Below, piece after piece: positions 58,123 through 64,000 of a stretch of DNA of 64,000 bases. The translations under genes and the position numbers were made by a program. The notes under the pieces were generated by a model, which was not told the DNA's origin, searched no databases, and saw only the letters and a list, made by a program, of their open reading frames with translations. Source of the stretch: Eledone cirrhosa (Eukaryota). How positions within the stretch are numbered: position 1 is the stretch's first letter; each line of letters opens with the position of its first letter. Location of the stretch: positions 21,018,001 through 21,082,000 of the forward strand of contig OZ024765.1 of the NCBI GenBank assembly GCA_964016885.1, in the 5' to 3' direction.

Positions 58123-58403
58123 ATATATATATGTATCAAATATAGAAATGTATCACATGAGTTGATAAATATAAAAACAAATAGTAGAAAGGAAAAAGAT
58201 TTTTCAGTAGAAAATGTTGAAGAGATTTTTTTCAGTGAAATATCAAAACATTGATCTATTTCCAATCTATTTCCAACATATTTCCAATCTATTTCCAATC
58301 TATTTCCAACATATTTCCAATCTATTTACAATACTGGTTTCAGCATTAAATGCATTGTCAGTTGTGGATATGCAGAATATTGTTAAGTTGCATATTTGTA
58401 CAA

Positions 58404-58616
58404 ATAATAATAATAATAATAATAATAATAATTGTTTCTACGTTAGACACAAGGCCAGCAATTACCCAGTTCATTACTGGTACTTTATTTTATCGACCCC
58501 GTAAGGATGAAAGGCAAAGTCAACCTCGGCAGGATTTGAACTCAGATCGTAAAGGGACGTAACTATGCTGGAAAGCATGGCATCCGACCCTCTACCGATA
58601 CTGCCAATTCACCGCC
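58404..58616 (-). mobile_element. SINE family B, full length
   Basis: Same structure, flanked by (TAA)n. Further copies at ~17960-18100, 36830-36950, 38460-38552, 53800-53977 and 54796-54980. Confidence 0.85.
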
Positions 58617-59236
58617 CTTATAATAATAATAATAATAAAAATAATAGAAAGGGGAAGAAAAATTAATTTTCACATGTCTGTTCATTCAGAGAAGAGAGTT
58701 CATTTCTCTGTCCATCCTACTCTGCTAATAACTGGGTTGTGACAGTCATATATTTACTCACATGTATATATATATATCCCCTATTGGGGATTTCGATTGT
58801 TAAATTTCATCATCATCATCATCGTTTAATGTCCATCTTCCACGCTTGCATGGGTTTGGACGGGAGTTTTCCCACTTGAGGCAAGATTGGTTGTCCTGCT
58901 CGTATAGGACTGTCTGGCGGGTTTTCTATGGCTGGATGCCCTTCCTAACACCAACCACGTTTACAGTGTGGACTGGGAGGTTTTTACCGTGTTACCTACA
59001 CGGCCACATTACAGCGTGGACTGTGTTTCTTTGTCGTGACACCTACATGACCTCATTTATTTAGGACTGGATGTTGTGGCACCAACATAACTTTACATTG
59101 AAAGGGGTGGTGTGGATGGGGTGGGGGTAGTGGGACAGGGGTGTATTTTTGTTAGAGGTGCCTACTGACTGTAGGTTTCGCTTTGTACTTAGGCAAGGCG
59201 GGTCTTCTGTATGACTGTGTAGCGCCAAAGATCTCG

Positions 59237-61290
59237 GTGGATGACCTAAGCAACTTCAGCCCCATAACTCTGCTCAACACAGAGTTAAAGATTTTGGCCA
59301 AGCTGTTGGCAACGAGGTCTATACATGACAACCTCCACCTCATGTGATACATCATAGAGAGGGTGGGGTGTAAACCCAGCTTCGGTGGGGCTCTGATAAT
59401 TTTAGATGAGTCTAAGGCATTCGATAGGGTCGACCATCGATACTTGGAAGCGGTTCTCAAGGCGGCCGGTTTCGGTCCCGTGTTCAGAGGATGGATCGAG
59501 GCGATGCACACCAGCATCTGCTCGTGGGTCAAGGTGAACGTCTACCTATCGGAGTCCTTCGCAATCACACGTTCCATTCGACAGGGATGCCCTCTCTCCT
59601 CCATTCTGTACGTATTGACTCTAGAGCCACTACTGCGGAAGTTGGAGCTGCTGCAGGGCATCCCGTTGGAACCGGCTTATGCCGACGGCGTAATGGTGTC
59701 GGAAACCTCGGAAATTGGGGCAATCGGTAACTTACTGCAGAATTACGAAAGGTTCACAGGAGCAAAACTGAACCCGAACAAGTCTGTCAGTTTGCAACTC
59801 GGAACGTGGAGAGGCAAACCGATGACATCCGACAGCGTTGTCGGATGATGGACGGACGGACCGGTGAAATTGCTCGGGGTCTGGTTCGGTCCGGACCTCC
59901 AGGTGGAGAAAAACTGGAACGAGGTCACGGCCAAGGTATTTGCGCTCATCCAGATGTGGGCAGAGTGCAAACTATCCTTGAAAGATCGAGTGGAGGTGGC
60001 AAACACTTTCATAGCATCCGTCATCTACTACTGCTTGACTGTCCTTCCCTATACTCGTGAATACCTCACCAAGATGGAACGCATGCTCTTCCAGTTCATT
60101 TGGAAGAAGGAGGCTCCACTAGTGAGGAGATCCGTCTGCTGTCATCACCCTTCCAATGGAGGGCTGGGAAAGCCGTGGCTGATGATGCGCAAGCATGCGC
60201 TGAGGCTATGGAATCTCCAGGTATTCCTCACCGACCCCCAACTGGTATGGGCACCGTTTGTGAGACAGGCCTTCCCGCAACTTGTCTCACTGACGGAGCT
60301 GCAGTCCTGGGTCAAGCGGCCACCAAAGAAAATGGGCACCTGGCGTATTGAATGCACTCAGACGCTCACAGTCCTCTGTCAAGCAGGCACAGCAATCAGT
60401 GGAGACTCCACTTCGACATTCTATAGAGGGTTAGTACGTCACAAGGGCGATGACGTGCTTGGAGAGACTCTAGGAGTCGAAGACGATGAATTCACCAGTC
60501 TGTTTGGTAGGACTTTCCACCCGGGACCTATGGACAACTTCCAGAGGTCCCTGGCCTGGCAGTGCTACCGAGGAGCTCTACCATTTCCTGACAAGATCTA
60601 CAGGCACGGACGCCCCGGCAGGGATCCTTCCAAGAGGATGTGTCCAAGATGCGGGCGGGACATTGAAACTGTCTTGCACGCAATTGTACACTACTCGGGC
60701 GTAACTGACCTGTGGAACTACGCAGAACAACTGCAGTCGCGTATGGGACAAATCCAGTTGACTGCCGAGTCCATAGTAAGGATCAAACCGCCAACTTCTT
60801 TCAAAAACAAAAGAGAGGCGGTTTTTCTCTGTACAGTGGCTATGGTGAAAGAGGTTATATGATGGACGAGATTGAGAGGACTGAGGACAGATGCCTTTCT
60901 CTCCGGACAACAACTCATTTCCTTCTTTAAGTATCACTTTAGAAGGAGAATCAGGGTGGAGAGAGAGGCACTGCACCCCAGTAAATTTACTGAAAGGTGG
61001 GTGAATGTGGTAAAAATGGCCCGAGTGATTGGGCCTTCTCTGTATATAAACCTGTAGGTTGAAGAAGAGAGCAAAAGGAAGAAAGGAGAACTTGCACAAC
61101 ACGCTCCTGAAGTTGAGGGTTGTTCTATCTACGGGGTATTAAACAACCCATTTGTGGTGCCTCCCCCATATTGGGGATTTCGATTGTTAAATTTGTTTGT
61201 TTCAATATTTTTACATGATTGTATGTAAAATCCCCGGCATGTCTTTTTATTGTCCCCTTTTCTTGTGCGCCCTTGTGGCTAATAAAGAAA
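59237..61290 (+). mobile_element. L1/Tx1-clade LINE 3' half (RT plus Zn-binding domain), disrupted
   Basis: NFSPITLLNTELKILAK, LDESKAFDRVDH, RQGCPLS, AYADG, KLLGVWF, GGLG, CPRCGRDIETVLH; AATAAA at 61281 followed by (TATC)n. Confidence 0.88.
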
Positions 61291-61317
61291 TATATCTATC
61301 TACCTATCTATCTATAT

Positions 61318-61802
61318 AGCTATGGCGAAAGAGGTTGTATGGTGGACAAGGTTGAAAGGGCTGAGGTCAGACACCTTTCTCTCCGGCCAACAACTGACTC
61401 TTTTTTTCAAATACCACTTTGGAAGAAGAATCAGGATGGAGAGAGAGGTGCTGTACCCCAGGATGGAGAGAGAGGTGCTGTACCCCAGCAAGTTTTATGA
61501 AAGGTGGGTGAAAGTGGCGAGAATGGCCCGAGTAAATGGGCCTTCTCTCTATATCAGCCTGTAGGTTGAGGAAAAGGAGGAGGAGAGGAAAGGAGTACAA
61601 ACTCTTCGTACTCCTGGAGATGAGGGTTGCACATTTTTTCGGGGGTATGTGTGTACCCATATAAACTGTCTCCCTCTATTGGGGAAAATCGACTAACTTT
61701 TTAAATTCCATTTGTGATAACATTTTACACGTTTTTATTGTATGTAAACTTCCCCCTTTGTATTTGTCCCCTTCTTTTGTGCCCCTGTGGCTAATAAAGA
61801 AA
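61318..61802 (+). mobile_element. Second, diverged Tx1-like 3' end inserted in the (TATC)n tail of the first
   Basis: MAKEVVWWTRLKGLRSDTFLSGQQL... parallels 60842-61057; it has its own gctaataaagaaa + (tatc)n end. Confidence 0.8.
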
Positions 61803-61932
61803 CATATCTATCTATCTGTCAATCGATCTGTCCATCTGTCTGTGTGTCCTACTTCCATATTTGGCTTTTACCAATGAATGGCCGATGGTTTCTGACAATG
61901 AAACTCTGCAGGAATTTATTTAATCTAACACA

Positions 61933-63040
61933 TCATACACATACACACACATACATACACATATACATACACAGATACATACACACATACACACATGCAT
62001 ACATACATACACACATACACACACACATACATACACATATACATACACACATACATATATACATATGCACACATACACATATATACACTTAGATACACAC
62101 TAGGGAACCATACACATACACACATATACACATATATACATACATACACACATATACACATATATACATACTCACATATATACAGACACACACATACATA
62201 CACACATATACACACACACACACATACACATATATACATACACACATGCATAACTACATACACACACACACACATATACATACACACACACACATACATA
62301 TATACATATGCACACATACACATATATACACTTAGATACACACTAGGGAACCATACACATACACACATATACACATATATACATACACACATGCATAACT
62401 ACATACACACACACACATATACATACACACATACACACATACATATATACATATGCACACATATACATATATACACTTAGATACACACTAGGGAACCATA
62501 CACATACACACATATATACATACATACACACATATACACATATATACATACTCACATATATACAGACACACACATACATACACACATATACACACACACA
62601 CATACACACATATACACATATATACATACTCACATATATACAGACACACACATACATACACACATATACACACACACACATACACACATATACACATATA
62701 TACATACTCACATATATACAGACACACACATACATACACACATATACACACACACACATACACACATATACACATATATACATACTCACATATATACAGA
62801 CACACACATACATACACACATATACACACACACACATACACACATATACACATATATACATACTCACATATATACAGACACACACATACATACACACATA
62901 TACACACATATACACATATATACATACTCACATATATACAGACACACACATACACACATACACACACACACACATGCATACACACATATACACATATATA
63001 CATACGCACATGCATACATACATACACACATACATACACA
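61933..63040. repeat. (CA/TA) microsatellite with a higher-order ~60-bp period
   Basis: tactcacatatatacagacacaca recurs at ~60-bp spacing from 62549 to 62945. Confidence 0.85.
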
Positions 63041-63590
63041 AGCATGCACAGTAGTGGAAATTAGCTGCACAGTAGTGGAAATTAACTGCCCAGCAGCTGC
63101 CAATATAATATCAAAGATTAGTGAAAAGGAGAATATTTATGCAGAACTGATGAGAAATCTGCAGATACACCACCCTGATTACACCTTCAGATTTATGCTG
63201 TGATTATTGGGGCACTGGGGTATGTTAGTAACTGCCTCAATACAAATCTTGTGAAGCTGGGCTTCACAGGAACAGAAAGAACACAACTAGTTAGGAAACT
63301 ACAAGTACAATCCATTAATGGAACAGTAAAAATATGTAAAACATTCCAAAAATTTTGCATCTAATAACTGCATATACACATGTACAGACACAAAGCATAT
63401 ACACATGCACACATACAACTCAAAACATACACATCCACACAATAACATCCATATCTACACATGTAGGCATGCATACATATCTACCTAGTTGATGTTGTGT
63501 AAATTCCAACGGGAGAGTCTTGTGTCTATGTTAGAAACCGACTCTCTCTCTATTGGGAACAAATTTGTGAAATTATAAAACCAGAAGAAC
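63041..63590 (+). mobile_element. 3' end of a restriction-like-endonuclease non-LTR retrotransposon (R4/Dong-like)
   Basis: Hand translation: VVEINCPAAANIISKISEKENIYAELMRNL...(frameshift)VIIGALGYV...KLQVQSINGTVKICKTF*. The 3' end abuts (ATAC)n. Confidence 0.65.
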
Positions 63591-63623
63591 ATACATACAT
63601 ATATATACACATATATACATACA

Positions 63624-63655
<32 letters not shown>

Positions 63656-63745
63656 CACATAGAGACATATATACACACATATACACATATACATACATAT
63701 ATTTACACCAATTGATTAATTGTTCAATCGATGTTTCTTGGAATA

Positions 63746-63802
<57 letters not shown>

Positions 63803-63927
63803 TACATATATATATACACACACATACATACATATATATATATACACACACACATACATATATATATATACACACACACATACATATATATATATACACA
63901 CACATACATATATATATACACACACAT

Positions 63928-64000
<73 letters not shown>

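Noticed and set aside
63144-63300. CTGATGAGAAA as a hammerhead core
   Set aside because: There is no stem II between the core halves, and it lies within the REL endonuclease coding frame (ELMRN).

Overview
Eukaryotic, very repeat-rich animal DNA. The (TA)n/(CA)n microsatellites, tRNA-SINE types and RTE LINEs suggest an octopod cephalopod, but that is inference only. Two divergently oriented host genes are supportable by phase-consistent splicing. One is a SNAP47-like double-SNARE gene on the minus strand (coding exons 24692-23693 and 20447-20167, 426 aa). The other is an unidentified Thr/Pro/Ser-rich plus coiled-coil gene on the plus strand (exons ending 40837, 49249-49373, 52610-52746, 57071-57153; its 3' end was not found). 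The rest is transposon-derived: RTE, CR1-group, L1/Tx1 and REL-endonuclease (R4/Dong-like) LINE fragments, a Naiad-type Penelope GIY-YIG 3' end, a hATm remnant, piggyBac-like MITE ends, two tRNA-SINE families, and several minisatellites amplified from pieces of these elements. The main hidden signal is about 23 type I hammerhead-ribozyme motifs (stem I-CUGANGA-stem II-GAAA-palindromic stem III-UH-stem I) from several unrelated sequence families. Many sit as outward-facing pairs in fold-back cassettes embedded in (TA)n, with clear stem covariation, and some have large structured stem-II insertions. Most long ORFs in the supplied track are microsatellite artefacts.
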